This document shows positions 22,413 to 32,243 of a DNA stretch of 57,666 bases, piece after piece; within the stretch, counting starts at the first letter, position 1; each line of letters begins with the position of its first letter. The position numbers were made by a program, and so were the translations under genes. Source of the stretch: Mollicutes bacterium (GTDB taxonomy: Bacteria > Bacillota_I > Bacilli_A > RF39 > UBA660). The notes under the pieces were generated by a model, which saw nothing but the letters and a program-made list of their open reading frames with translations, searched no databases and was not told the origin of the DNA. The stretch lies in NCBI GenBank assembly GCA_012841205.1, contig DUVE01000004.1:1-57666 (forward strand), in the 5' to 3' direction.

Positions 22413-22449
22413 TTTTTTGAAATTAGGTGATAGTATCGAGGAGTTATAT

Positions 22450-22845
22450 ATGAATGAAGCAATTGTTCAAGCTGAAAAAGCACTTCGAAAAGGAGAAGTC
22501 CCTGTAGGCGTTGTTATAGTAAAGGATAAAAAAATAATTGCAAGAGCATACAATAAAAGGGAAAGTAAAAAAGATGCAACATGTCACGCTGAAATTTTAG
22601 CAATACGAAAAGCGTGTAAATATATAAAAGATTGGAGACTTAACGGGTGTGTTATGTATGTGACTTTAGAACCGTGTTCGATGTGTATGGGGGCTATTAA
22701 ACAAGCCCGTATTAGTAAAGTTATATATGGAACTAATAATGAAAAAGATATAGAATTACCTTTAGTTATATCCCAAAACACAATGTATAAAGAAGAGTGT
22801 TCTAACTTGTTGAGAGATTTTTTTAAAAAGAGAAGAAACCAGTAG
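22450..22845 (+). CDS. tadA: tRNA-specific adenosine deaminase TadA
   Basis: CDA zinc motifs CHAE and PCSMCMGA; SD GAGGAG 7 nt before ATG 22450. The ORF-track start 22354 runs through the SRP RNA and is an artefact. Confidence 0.93.
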   Translation: MNEAIVQAEKALRKGEVPVGVVIVKDKKIIARAYNKRESKKDATCHAEILAIRKACKYIKDWRLNGCVMYVTLEPCSMCMGAIKQARISKVIYGTNNEKDIELPLVISQNTMYKEECSNLLRDFFKKRRNQ

Positions 22846-22909
22846 ATTCTATTTAATAATGAAGGTTAAAATGATATAATAGTATATATAGTTTAAAGAA
22901 GGTGAATGT

Positions 22910-24670
22910 ATGACATATAAGGCATTATATAGAAAGTATCGGCCAAGTAATTATGATGGTTTAGTGGGTCAAAATGTAATCGTAAAGACTTTGAGAAATA
23001 TTGTGAAAGATGAAAAGATAAGTCATGCATACCTTTTTGGTGGACCACGAGGGACTGGGAAAACAAGTATTGCCAAAATATTTGCTAAAGCTATTAACTG
23101 TTTATCTCCTATTGATGGAAATCCTTGTGATAGTTGTGAAATATGTAACCTAATTAATACTGAACAGGTTAGTGACATTATTGAGATAGACGCTGCTTCT
23201 AATAATGGTGTTGATGAAATCAGGGATTTGAAGAGTAAAATTAATTTAGCTCCTACCACCTGTAAGTTTAAAGTTTATATAATAGATGAGGTTCACATGT
23301 TGTCGACTGGGGCATTTAATGCACTGCTTAAAACATTAGAAGAACCACCGCGACATGTTGTGTTTATATTAGCTACTACAGAAATTCATAAATTACCACT
23401 TACGATAATTTCTAGATGTCAAAATTACAATTTTAAAAAAATTACAGAAGAACAAATGAAAATTAGATTAGATTATATAATTGAACAAGAACAAATGAAA
23501 GTTACTCCAGAAGCTATATATGAAATTGCAAGAATTTCAGATGGTGGAATGAGGGATTCAATTGGGTTGCTAGAGCAGTTATATTCTTTTACAGATAATA
23601 ATATAGAAATGGAAGATGTGGAGTTATTAAGTTCTTCTGTTTCACGTAATGATATATATCAAATGTTATTAAATATTGTTTTAGGAAAAATGGATCACAT
23701 GTTTAAAAAAATAGATAGTTTCTATCAAGGTGGAAAAGATTTTATTAGGATTGCCGAAGATACTGTTGTTTTTCTAAAAGACATATTGCTTTATAAGAAA
23801 GCTAAAGATTTCTTTAAAAACAATTACAGATATGATATGGAAGAATATAAAGATTTGCTAGATACAATAAATGAGGAAACCATCTATCGTTATATAACAG
23901 AGATTAATGGGTTAATAGGCGATCTAAGAAGTTCGACTCACCCAAAGATAATTTTCGAAATATTGATGTTAAAATTAACGGATGTAAAACCTTCTAATAT
24001 TGAATTGAAAGAAACAGAAGAAATAAAAAAGGAGAATATAATAGAGGTTAAAGAAAACATTGATGATGTTAAAAAAGAAACATTTGTGGAAACGGAAGTT
24101 GAAAGTGAAGAAACTCTAATTAACGAGAAGATAACGCCAGTCAAATCAAAAGAAACAGAAGATGAAAATGATACGTTACTTAACTTCGTTAACATTCCTT
24201 TATATAAGAAGATTTTGATAAACAATACTTTAGCTACAGCTCAAAAAAGTCTTCTAACAGAATTGAAAAGTAAATGTAATCAATTATCTACCTTTTTGAT
24301 CAATAAGGATTTCAAACAAGCAGCCACTGTTTTACTTGATGGAAAAATTGTAGGGGTATCAGATCAATGTGTGATTTGGTCTTATCAATACAATGTGATT
24401 GTAGAGAAAGCAGATGTTTTGAAAAAAGAGATAGAAAAACTAATTGAAAATATGTTTGGTAAAAAATATAGGATAATAAATATAAGTGATGAGGACTGGA
24501 AGAAAATTAGACCTCATTATATAAAAATTGTAAAAGAAAAAAAGCAAATAGAAATTTTAGATGAAATCGACGAGGAAGAAATCAAGAAACCAGTTAAAAG
24601 AAAGAAAAAAAGTAAGGAAATAGAAGAAGCCATAAATATATTTGGTGAAGACCTAATAGAAATTAAATGA
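22910..24670 (+). CDS. dnaX: DNA polymerase III subunit gamma/tau
   Basis: 586 aa; Walker A GPRGTGKTS; Zn module CDSCEIC; IIDEVHMLS; SRC motif. Confidence 0.96.
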   Translation: MTYKALYRKYRPSNYDGLVGQNVIVKTLRNIVKDEKISHAYLFGGPRGTGKTSIAKIFAKAINCLSPIDGNPCDSCEICNLINTEQVSDIIEIDAASNNGVDEIRDLKSKINLAPTTCKFKVYIIDEVHMLSTGAFNALLKTLEEPPRHVVFILATTEIHKLPLTIISRCQNYNFKKITEEQMKIRLDYIIEQEQMKVTPEAIYEIARISDGGMRDSIGLLEQLYSFTDNNIEMEDVELLSSSVSRNDIYQMLLNIVLGKMDHMFKKIDSFYQGGKDFIRIAEDTVVFLKDILLYKKAKDFFKNNYRYDMEEYKDLLDTINEETIYRYITEINGLIGDLRSSTHPKIIFEILMLKLTDVKPSNIELKETEEIKKENIIEVKENIDDVKKETFVETEVESEETLINEKITPVKSKETEDENDTLLNFVNIPLYKKILINNTLATAQKSLLTELKSKCNQLSTFLINKDFKQAATVLLDGKIVGVSDQCVIWSYQYNVIVEKADVLKKEIEKLIENMFGKKYRIINISDEDWKKIRPHYIKIVKEKKQIEILDEIDEEEIKKPVKRKKKSKEIEEAINIFGEDLIEIK

Positions 24671-24685
24671 GAGGATGATATATAT

Positions 24686-24985
24686 ATGAATATTCAAGCA
24701 ATGATGAAGCAAGCGCAAAAAATGCAACAAGATATGTTGAAAACTAAGGAGGAAATAGATGCAAAAATATTTCCCGGGAAATATTCTTTTGTAGAAGTGC
24801 GTGTAAATGGAAAAAAAGAAATATTAGAAGTCATTTTTGATAAAGATTTCAACTTAGATAATACAGATGTTGAAATGCTTCAAGATGTGATTGTTGTAGC
24901 AATAAATGATGCACTAAAAAAAGTTGATGCTGAGATAGAACAAAAAATGGGTAAATATGGATCTGGATTAACAGGGTTGATGTAA
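24686..24985 (+). CDS. ybaB: YbaB/EbfC-family nucleoid-associated protein
   Basis: 99 aa; MMKQAQKMQQDM N-terminus; conserved dnaX-ybaB-recR order. Confidence 0.93.
   Translation: MNIQAMMKQAQKMQQDMLKTKEEIDAKIFPGKYSFVEVRVNGKKEILEVIFDKDFNLDNTDVEMLQDVIVVAINDALKKVDAEIEQKMGKYGSGLTGLM
24768..24783. other. Noc-binding site (NBS), perfect TATTTCCCGGGAAATA, inside the ybaB CDS
   Basis: Exact 16-mer identical to 22259-22274; encodes K-I-F-P-G-K-Y within ybaB. Confidence 0.75.
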
Positions 24986-24987
24986 TT

Positions 24988-25587
24988 ATGACATATCCAA
25001 AAAGTATAAATAATCTAATATCTAATTTGAAAAACCTACCAGGTGTAGGCGAGAAGACTGCGGAAAGAATGGCTCTAGCTATGATTGATTTTGATAAGGA
25101 AAAGTTAGGTTCTTTTTCAGATTCAATTACAGATGTTAAGGATAAAATTAGACATTGTTTAATATGTAATAATTTATCAGAGGAAGATGAATGTATTATA
25201 TGTAAGGATAAAACAAGAGATAGTGGCATTCTATGCATAGTTGATGATGTTAGAAGTTTAATGTTATTTGAAAAAAACAATCTTTTCAATGGAAAATATC
25301 ATATTTTGAAAGGTTTAATATCTCCCTCGAACGGTATTGATCCAGAAGATATTGATATTGAGGCGCTTATTAATAGGGTTGAAAAGGAAAAAATAAAGGA
25401 ACTTATTATTGCTGTGAAACCTTCGCTTGAGGGGGAGGCAACTGCTTTATATATAGCAAAGAGATTAGAACCAAAAAATATTACAGTTTCTAAAATAGCT
25501 CATGGCGTGCCAATGGGTGCAGATATGGAATACCTTGATGCCATTACACTTAGAACAGCATTATTCGAACGAAAAAAGATTTCATAA
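24988..25587 (+). CDS. recR: Recombination protein RecR
   Basis: 199 aa; HhH LPGVGEKTAER; C4 zinc finger CLICNN...CIICKD; Toprim domain. Confidence 0.96.
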   Translation: MTYPKSINNLISNLKNLPGVGEKTAERMALAMIDFDKEKLGSFSDSITDVKDKIRHCLICNNLSEEDECIICKDKTRDSGILCIVDDVRSLMLFEKNNLFNGKYHILKGLISPSNGIDPEDIDIEALINRVEKEKIKELIIAVKPSLEGEATALYIAKRLEPKNITVSKIAHGVPMGADMEYLDAITLRTALFERKKIS

Positions 25588-25627
25588 AATATGGCAAACC
25601 TCATATAATTGAATGAGGTGGACAAAG

Positions 25628-25816
25628 GTGCTAAAAAAATTTTTTTCATTTGTTAAAAAAGTAATTGTTGGTGCTTTCATTTTATATGCATATAATTTAA
25701 TGGCTGCACCTCTTAATTTACTTATTCCAATTAATTTTCTAACTTTAGGATTGATAAGTATTTTTGGTATTTCAGCCATTCCGTTTTTAGCCTTGATTTT
25801 AATTTTTGTATTTTAA
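25628..25816 (+). CDS. bofA: Pro-sigma-K processing inhibitor BofA
   Basis: Small two-TM protein. LNLLIPINFLTLGLISIFGISAIPFLALIL resembles B. subtilis BofA LGIHIPINLVTTAISGILGIPGIAALVV. Lies downstream of recR as in B. subtilis. The probable GTG start at 25628 follows GAGGTGG; the ORF-track ATG 25613 is possible. Confidence 0.8.
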   Translation: MLKKFFSFVKKVIVGAFILYAYNLMAAPLNLLIPINFLTLGLISIFGISAIPFLALILIFVF

Positions 25817-25827
25817 GGAGGTATTAT

Positions 25828-26805
25828 ATGTTGGATGATTATAAAGAAGGACAACCTATTGCATATAATATAATTAAAAAAGAAATAAAGAACAACTCTA
25901 TTGGACATGCATATTTGTTTCATTCAGAAAGTAAGAATGTTTGTTCTTCATTTGCTTTAGCATTCGCGAAGACTCTTCTTTGTCCGAACAAACTCCTAAA
26001 TAACAGAAATTGTGCTGATTGTTCAATTTGTCGTAGGATTGATAATGGAAACTTTCCAGAAATCAATATTATTAATCCGGACGAATTATGGATTAAAAAA
26101 GATCAATTAAATGATTTACAAAAAAAACATCAAACCAAACCTCTCGAAGGTGAAAAAAAAGTATATATTATAAACGAAGTTGATAAACTGAATGTACAAG
26201 CAGCAAATAGTATATTAAAATTTTTAGAAGAACCAGAATCAAACATAATAGCTATATTAACTACAGATGACATTAATGCAGTTATTAAAACTATAACTTC
26301 AAGGTGTCAGGTGATTCATTTAAGAAGAGAGCCTATCATAGATAACCAAAGCAATAATGAGTCAACATTAACTAAAATAGGTAAAATATATTATAATAAT
26401 TTAGATGAACTCAATAGTTTTGTCTCAGATGAATTATCCGCGGAAAAAATAGATGCAATTGTAAATTTTATAAAAAATTATGAGATTATGAAGGTGGATG
26501 TCATTACAAAGGTTAAAAACAACTTTATTGATATATTTAATGATAAGAAATCGTTAATATGGGCATTTGATATTATGATTTTTTTGTATAAAGATGTATT
26601 AAATATGAAACTCAATAGAAATTTAGATATATTTGATGATTATGTTTCGGACATAAAATCTATTGCTGATATTAACAAAGTTGATCAGATTACAGCAAAA
26701 TTAAAACAATTATTGGTATCAAAGGAAAAAATAAAGTATAATATTAATGTGAATTTATTAATGGACAAGTTAATTCTTAAAATGGAAAGCGGTGAGGTAG
26801 TATGA
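25828..26805 (+). CDS. holB: DNA polymerase III subunit delta-prime
   Basis: 325 aa; GHAYLFHS; Cys-rich Zn module CADCSICRR; SRC motif TSRCQVI. Confidence 0.9.
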   Translation: MLDDYKEGQPIAYNIIKKEIKNNSIGHAYLFHSESKNVCSSFALAFAKTLLCPNKLLNNRNCADCSICRRIDNGNFPEINIINPDELWIKKDQLNDLQKKHQTKPLEGEKKVYIINEVDKLNVQAANSILKFLEEPESNIIAILTTDDINAVIKTITSRCQVIHLRREPIIDNQSNNESTLTKIGKIYYNNLDELNSFVSDELSAEKIDAIVNFIKNYEIMKVDVITKVKNNFIDIFNDKKSLIWAFDIMIFLYKDVLNMKLNRNLDIFDDYVSDIKSIADINKVDQITAKLKQLLVSKEKIKYNINVNLLMDKLILKMESGEVV

Positions 26806-27596
26806 TAGATGTTGTAGGGGTCGTTTTTGATGATGAAGGTCACATATATTACTTTTCTCCTGCTGGGCATAATCTAGATAAGGAAATGAATGTAGTAGTG
26901 GAAACTGAAAGGGGTATTCAGTTTGCCAAAGTTGTAATTGCAAACACAAAATTAAAAAAAGAAAATATTAATATGCCTTTGAAAAAAGTAATAAGAATTG
27001 CTACAAAGGAAGATTTCAAAAATTATGAAAAGAATAGAGAAGATAATAGAAAAGCATTTTTGGATTGTAAAAAATTAATAGAGAAGCACAACCTTAAAAT
27101 GAATTTAATAGATGCAAATTTTACTTTAGACCGAAAACAATTATTATTTCACTTTACAGCTGACGCTAGGATTGATTTTAGAACATTGGCAAAAGAACTA
27201 GCATCTATATATAAAACTAGAATCGAACTCAGGCAAATAGGAATCAGAGACAAAGCAAAGGTAGTTGGTGGAATTGGACCTTGTGGAAGGGTTTTATGTT
27301 GTAATAACTTTTTATATGATTTTGATAGCGTCTCTATAAATATGGCCAAAAATCAAAATATTGCTTTAAATCCAAATAAAATAAATGGCGCGTGTAACCG
27401 TCTTTTATGTTGTTTAACTTATGAAAACGATAATTATTTAGAGGCAAGAAAAACGTTGCCTGATGTAGGACAAAGAGTAGAAACAAAAGAAGGCTTTGGT
27501 CGTGTGGTATCAGTAGACATTTTAGCTCAAACATATCAGGTGGATGTCCCTGATGTTGGTATTTTAGATATAAAGGTTGAAAATGGAAGTTGTTAA
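26802..27596 (+). CDS. ricT: PSP1-domain protein RicT (YaaT)
   Basis: 264 aa; PSP1 C-terminal domain with Cys cluster GPCGRVLCC...NRLLCCL; follows holB as in B. subtilis. Confidence 0.9.
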   Translation: MIDVVGVVFDDEGHIYYFSPAGHNLDKEMNVVVETERGIQFAKVVIANTKLKKENINMPLKKVIRIATKEDFKNYEKNREDNRKAFLDCKKLIEKHNLKMNLIDANFTLDRKQLLFHFTADARIDFRTLAKELASIYKTRIELRQIGIRDKAKVVGGIGPCGRVLCCNNFLYDFDSVSINMAKNQNIALNPNKINGACNRLLCCLTYENDNYLEARKTLPDVGQRVETKEGFGRVVSVDILAQTYQVDVPDVGILDIKVENGSC

Positions 27597-28305
27597 TTAT
27601 TTACTAGGTTATAAAGATATGAAAATAGTACAGAATACAGAATGGTTTAATTTCTCGCTTGATTCTGTTCTCCTTGCAAACTTTATAACAATTCGTGCTA
27701 AAATTAAAAATATAATTGATCTGGGTACCGGAAACGCTCCAATACCATTAATCTTATCGACCAGAACAAATGCTAATATTGTAGGTGTTGAGATTCAAAA
27801 ACCAATTTATCAATTAGCTATAAAGTCAATTCAGCTGAATAATTTAGAGGAAAGAATTAAAATAATAAATGAAGATGTAAAAGAAGTTTCAAAGCGATTC
27901 GATTCTGATTTTTTTGATGTAGTTGTATCAAATCCTCCATATTTCAAATATACTAAGAATAGTCATGTAAATGATAATGACTATAAGACTATAGCGCGTC
28001 ATGAACTTATGCTCGATATAGATAGTGTAATTAAGGTTGCTAAAAAATTATTAAAAAATCAAGGATATTTTGGAATAGTACACAGGCCCGAGAGATTGAT
28101 GGAAATTTTAACTAAAATGAGGGAAAACAATATTGAGCCGAAAAGAGTTTGTTTTGTTTATCCTAAATGTAATCAAGAGGCAAATATAGTTTTAATAGAA
28201 GGTATAAAAAATGGAAAGGAAGGCATAAAGTTTGAACCTCCCCTTTTTGTGCATGATACAGATGGAAATTATACCATAGAGGTTAGAAAGATGTTTGGAG
28301 AGTGA
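27583..28305 (+). CDS. tRNA (adenine-N6)-methyltransferase TrmN6/YabB-like
   Basis: SAM motif DLGTGNA; NPPYF motif; N-terminus NYLLGYKDMKIVQN parallels B. subtilis YabB. Start could be 27577 or 27583. Confidence 0.85.
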   Translation: MEVVNYLLGYKDMKIVQNTEWFNFSLDSVLLANFITIRAKIKNIIDLGTGNAPIPLILSTRTNANIVGVEIQKPIYQLAIKSIQLNNLEERIKIINEDVKEVSKRFDSDFFDVVVSNPPYFKYTKNSHVNDNDYKTIARHELMLDIDSVIKVAKKLLKNQGYFGIVHRPERLMEILTKMRENNIEPKRVCFVYPKCNQEANIVLIEGIKNGKEGIKFEPPLFVHDTDGNYTIEVRKMFGE

Positions 28306-28309
28306 TAGT

Positions 28310-28873
28310 ATGAAGTTAATAGTTGGTCTAGGAAATCCGGGAAGAGAATATCGAAACACAAGGCATAATACAGGCTTTATGGTTATTGATTATTTAGCAG
28401 AATCCTTAGGAATAAAAATTATAAAGAAGCGTAAAGGATCTTTATATGTTGAAACTAACCTTAATGGCGAAAAGGTAATTTTATTAAAACCCCAACACTA
28501 TATAAATTTGTCGGGTGAAGTTATTGCTGATTTCATTAATTATTTTAAAATAGACATTAAGGATATTTTAATAATAAATGATGATTTAGATTTAAAATTA
28601 GGACGCTACAAATTAAAGAGTCAAGGTAGTTCGGCAGGACATAACGGACTTAAAAATATAGAGCAATGTCTAGGTACAAATGAATACAAAAGATTAAAGG
28701 TTGGTGTTTCTTCGAGTAATACAATAGATGCAAAAGATTATGTTTTAGGTCGCTTTTCCAAAGAAGAAAAAGAAATAATGGAAAAGTTAATTGTTAAACT
28801 CAAAGATATTATAATAGATTTTGTTAAAATGGATTTTTTGAGTCTTATGAACAAATATAATGGTAATTCATAA
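28310..28873 (+). CDS. pth: Peptidyl-tRNA hydrolase
   Basis: MKLIVGLGNPG...TRHNTGF; catalytic His motif; followed by mfd as in B. subtilis. Confidence 0.96.
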   Translation: MKLIVGLGNPGREYRNTRHNTGFMVIDYLAESLGIKIIKKRKGSLYVETNLNGEKVILLKPQHYINLSGEVIADFINYFKIDIKDILIINDDLDLKLGRYKLKSQGSSAGHNGLKNIEQCLGTNEYKRLKVGVSSSNTIDAKDYVLGRFSKEEKEIMEKLIVKLKDIIIDFVKMDFLSLMNKYNGNS

Positions 28874-28885
28874 GGGTGTGTTTAA

Positions 28886-31800
28886 ATGAAAGTCATAAAC
28901 AATTTATTTAAAGAATATCAACATGGCAAGATAGGGTTATCAGGTTTAACTGATGACCTTTTAGTCGTATATTTAAAAAAAATATATAATGAACAGAATC
29001 GAAATATTGTAATTTTAACGAGTACGTTGTACGAGGCTAATAAGATTCAACAGTTATTACAAAGAGAAAAAGTAGATTCTTTATTTTTTCCTATGGATGA
29101 CTTTATTACTAGTGAAGCAGTAGCAATCAGTCCTGATTTAAAAGTAACAAGATTAGAAACATTAAAAAACATCACTTCATCCTCGTCTTCTCAAATTGTG
29201 GTTACACATTTGATGGGGTATTTGAGGTTTCTTCCCAAGAAAGAGGAATGGAGTAAATCCGTTATTAAACTTTCAGTAGAATCAACTATCGATAAAGAAA
29301 AACTTATAAATGATTTATATAAAATAGGGTATACCAATGAGACAATTGTTACTAAAACAGGTGAGATGGGAACAAGAGGATATATCATAGATATATTTCC
29401 TATTTCTGAAAGTAATCCCATTAGAATTGAATTGTGGGGTGATAAAATAGAATCACTTCGATATTTTGATATGGATACTCAATTATCTATTTCAAGCATC
29501 GATCAAATAAGTATTCATCCTTTCGATGAATTTATTGTAGAAAGTGATTCCAACATAGAAAAAAAACAAAAGTATTTAGCGCACTATACAGAGGTAAGTA
29601 AGATAAGTGATTATCTTGAAAACCCTATTGTTGTTTATATAGATCATAATCAAATTAAGAATTCGTATTTAATGCTTCGTGAAGAAATATTACATTATGA
29701 ACAAGAAAACAAAGAGTCCATTAAAACTCCGTATATGAATCATTTTGAGGAAATATCTTATAATGATGAACTTTTCGTTATGAATTTGGACAATTTACTT
29801 CCTGATGTGAAACTTGACTATGTAGACAAATACGATGTTAAACCAATTTATAAATATGAAAACAATGTTAATCAATTGAATGAAGATTTAAAGACTTATT
29901 TACATTTAGGTAAGACTATAGTTATTTGTTTAAAAAGTAAAAAACAGATAGACAGTTTTATTTCCTTTATTGATCATAAATACATTATTACAGATGAAGA
30001 TAATATTGTGAGTAATACAATTAATATAATTGAAAAAGAGGTTTCGTCTGGTTTTTCAATAAGCAATTTTGTTATTATTACGGAAAATGATCTATTTAAG
30101 AAAAGTTCTAGTAAGGTGCAATATAAAAGTCAATTTAAATATGGAACTAAAATTAGGGATTTAAGTAAACTTGCTATAGGAGACTATGTAGTTCATCATC
30201 TTCATGGTATTGGAAAATATTGCGGGATTGAAACACTCATTAAAAGAGATATTAAGAAGGATTATTTAAAAATAAAATATAGAGGAAAAGACAAATTATA
30301 TATTCCGGTAGAAAAGATAGATTTGATTTGGAAATATTCTTCAAACGAAGGCGCAACACCAGCATTGCACCAACTTGGAGGAACGGAATGGCAAAAAACA
30401 AAAGTCCGTATTAAAAATAAACTTCATGATATAGCTGGTAAATTAATTAAAACAGCGGCGGAACGTGAAGCGAAAAAAGGTTTTGCATTCTCTAAAGATA
30501 ATGATGAGCAATTAAAATTTGAACAAGACTTTATGTATGAACCAACTAGAGATCAACTAAGAGCTTTATTTCAAATAAAGGAAGATATGGAAAAAAGCAC
30601 ACCAATGGATAGACTTTTATGCGGAGATGTTGGTTACGGGAAGACAGAAGTGGCTTTTAGAGTTGCTTTTAAGGCAATTCAAGATAATAAACAAGTAGCA
30701 ATTCTTTGTCCTACAACAATATTATCTAATCAACATTTTGAAAATGCTATAGAACGTTTTAAAAATTTCGCAGTCAATATAGTACTACTAAATAGATTTT
30801 CAACGCCAAAAGAAGTAAAGGAGATAACGCAAGGTCTTGCTAAAGGAACAATTGATCTTGTAATTGGAACCCATCGTTTACTTAGCAAGGATATAAAGTT
30901 TAAAGATTTGGGTTTACTTATAATTGACGAAGAGCAGCGTTTTGGTGTTGCTCATAAAGAAAAAATTATCGAGTATAAAAGCAGTATAGATGTATTAACT
31001 TTATCTGCAACACCAATTCCAAGAACCTTACAAAGGTCCATGTTTGGTATAAAACAATTATCATTAATTGAAACGCCGCCAATGAATCGATTTCCTATTC
31101 AAACTTATGTTTTAGAATATAATGATTTTATAATTAAGGATGCAATATATAAGGAACTATCAAGAGGTGGTCAAGTATATTTGTTATATAATAAGGTCAA
31201 AGGTATAGAGGAGAAGACATCTAAAATAAAACGTTTAGTCCCAGAAGCTAGAATAACTTATGCACATGGTCAAATGCCTAAACTAAAAATAGAAGACAGG
31301 ATGATTAAATTTGTTGAAGGTGAATATGATGTATTACTTTGTACAACTATAATAGAAACAGGAATTGATATCCCCAATGTGAATACATTAATAATAATAG
31401 ATGCAGATAGATTTGGTTTGAGTCAGTTGTATCAAATTAGAGGGCGTGTTGGAAGAACAAATAAAATAGCTTATGCATATTTGATGTATGACAATAATAA
31501 AGTTTTGGGTGAGGTTGCTCAAAAGAGATTAAATGTTATTAAAGAGTTTACAGCTTTAGGAAGTGGATTTTCTATAGCAATGCGAGATCTTTCAATAAGG
31601 GGTGCTGGTGATATATTAGGAAGTGAGCAAGCTGGTTTTATAGATAGTGTAGGAATCGAGTTATATTTAAAAATGCTTGAAGAAGAAGTTGCTAGAATAA
31701 ATGGTAATTATACTGAGGTTGATACAAAAGATGATATTGATGATAAACCGTTAATTGATGTAGAGACACATATTGCTGATGAATATGTGAAGGAAGATGA

Positions 31801-32179
31801 CTTAAAGATTGAAATTCATCAAAAAATAAATCAAATTGATAGTTATGAAACATTGCAAGATGTTAAAAAAGAAATAGAGGATCGTTTTGGGAAGATATCA
31901 GAATCAATAAATATATATATGTATGAAGAGTGGTTTGAAAAAATAGCAAAGGAAAAGGGAATAGAAAAGGTTAATCAGACTAAACTTGCAATAGAATTTG
32001 TTTTTTCTAAGGAAAAATCTAAGGAAATGGTAGTAAATGATATATTTATGAAGGCTTGCGATATATCTAGAAATTTTCGCATAACATACAAGGGCGATCG
32101 TTTAAGAATTCTTTTAAATGTTAATAAATTAGAAAAACATTGGTTATATTACATAGTTGAGTTATTAACTAGTATCTAA
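28886..32179 (+). CDS. mfd: Transcription-repair coupling factor Mfd
   Basis: 1097 aa; CarD/RID domain; SF2 helicase motifs GDVGYGKTEVA, DEEQRFG, QLYQIRGRVGR; TRG region. Confidence 0.96.
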   Translation: MKVINNLFKEYQHGKIGLSGLTDDLLVVYLKKIYNEQNRNIVILTSTLYEANKIQQLLQREKVDSLFFPMDDFITSEAVAISPDLKVTRLETLKNITSSSSSQIVVTHLMGYLRFLPKKEEWSKSVIKLSVESTIDKEKLINDLYKIGYTNETIVTKTGEMGTRGYIIDIFPISESNPIRIELWGDKIESLRYFDMDTQLSISSIDQISIHPFDEFIVESDSNIEKKQKYLAHYTEVSKISDYLENPIVVYIDHNQIKNSYLMLREEILHYEQENKESIKTPYMNHFEEISYNDELFVMNLDNLLPDVKLDYVDKYDVKPIYKYENNVNQLNEDLKTYLHLGKTIVICLKSKKQIDSFISFIDHKYIITDEDNIVSNTINIIEKEVSSGFSISNFVIITENDLFKKSSSKVQYKSQFKYGTKIRDLSKLAIGDYVVHHLHGIGKYCGIETLIKRDIKKDYLKIKYRGKDKLYIPVEKIDLIWKYSSNEGATPALHQLGGTEWQKTKVRIKNKLHDIAGKLIKTAAEREAKKGFAFSKDNDEQLKFEQDFMYEPTRDQLRALFQIKEDMEKSTPMDRLLCGDVGYGKTEVAFRVAFKAIQDNKQVAILCPTTILSNQHFENAIERFKNFAVNIVLLNRFSTPKEVKEITQGLAKGTIDLVIGTHRLLSKDIKFKDLGLLIIDEEQRFGVAHKEKIIEYKSSIDVLTLSATPIPRTLQRSMFGIKQLSLIETPPMNRFPIQTYVLEYNDFIIKDAIYKELSRGGQVYLLYNKVKGIEEKTSKIKRLVPEARITYAHGQMPKLKIEDRMIKFVEGEYDVLLCTTIIETGIDIPNVNTLIIIDADRFGLSQLYQIRGRVGRTNKIAYAYLMYDNNKVLGEVAQKRLNVIKEFTALGSGFSIAMRDLSIRGAGDILGSEQAGFIDSVGIELYLKMLEEEVARINGNYTEVDTKDDIDDKPLIDVETHIADEYVKEDDLKIEIHQKINQIDSYETLQDVKKEIEDRFGKISESINIYMYEEWFEKIAKEKGIEKVNQTKLAIEFVFSKEKSKEMVVNDIFMKACDISRNFRITYKGDRLRILLNVNKLEKHWLYYIVELLTSI

Positions 32180-32243
32180 ATAAGGTATATTTGATTATTA
32201 CCTCCACATAATAAAAAAGACATAAAGAAAGAGAGGTAATAAT

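Noticed and set aside
22354-22449. 5' extensions of ORF-track entries: tadA 22354, spoIIR 10475, 3D-domain gene 36106, rplL 45199, rplK 43414, argS 6602, prfA 8684, pth 28295, gyrB 17777, gyrA 19713, tatD 35397, rnr 53927
   Set aside because: The extensions begin at non-ATG or unsupported codons, overlap upstream genes or an RNA gene, and precede an internal ATG/GTG that has proper SD spacing and a conserved family N-terminus.
23638-23653. Half-parS TGTTTCACGTAATGAT inside dnaX, plus other CACGTG/ACGTG-containing sequences (15893, 51146)
   Set aside because: Only one half-site matches (11/16 or fewer). ParB binding requires both halves, so this is likely chance.
24538-24564. In-frame A_AAA_AAG slippery heptamer in dnaX (the E. 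coli gamma-subunit frameshift motif), with a -1 frame stop 7 codons later
   Set aside because: It lies ~41 codons from the C-terminus, so a frameshift product would not resemble gamma. I see no downstream stimulatory hairpin, and Lys-rich AT-rich coding sequence generates such heptamers frequently.
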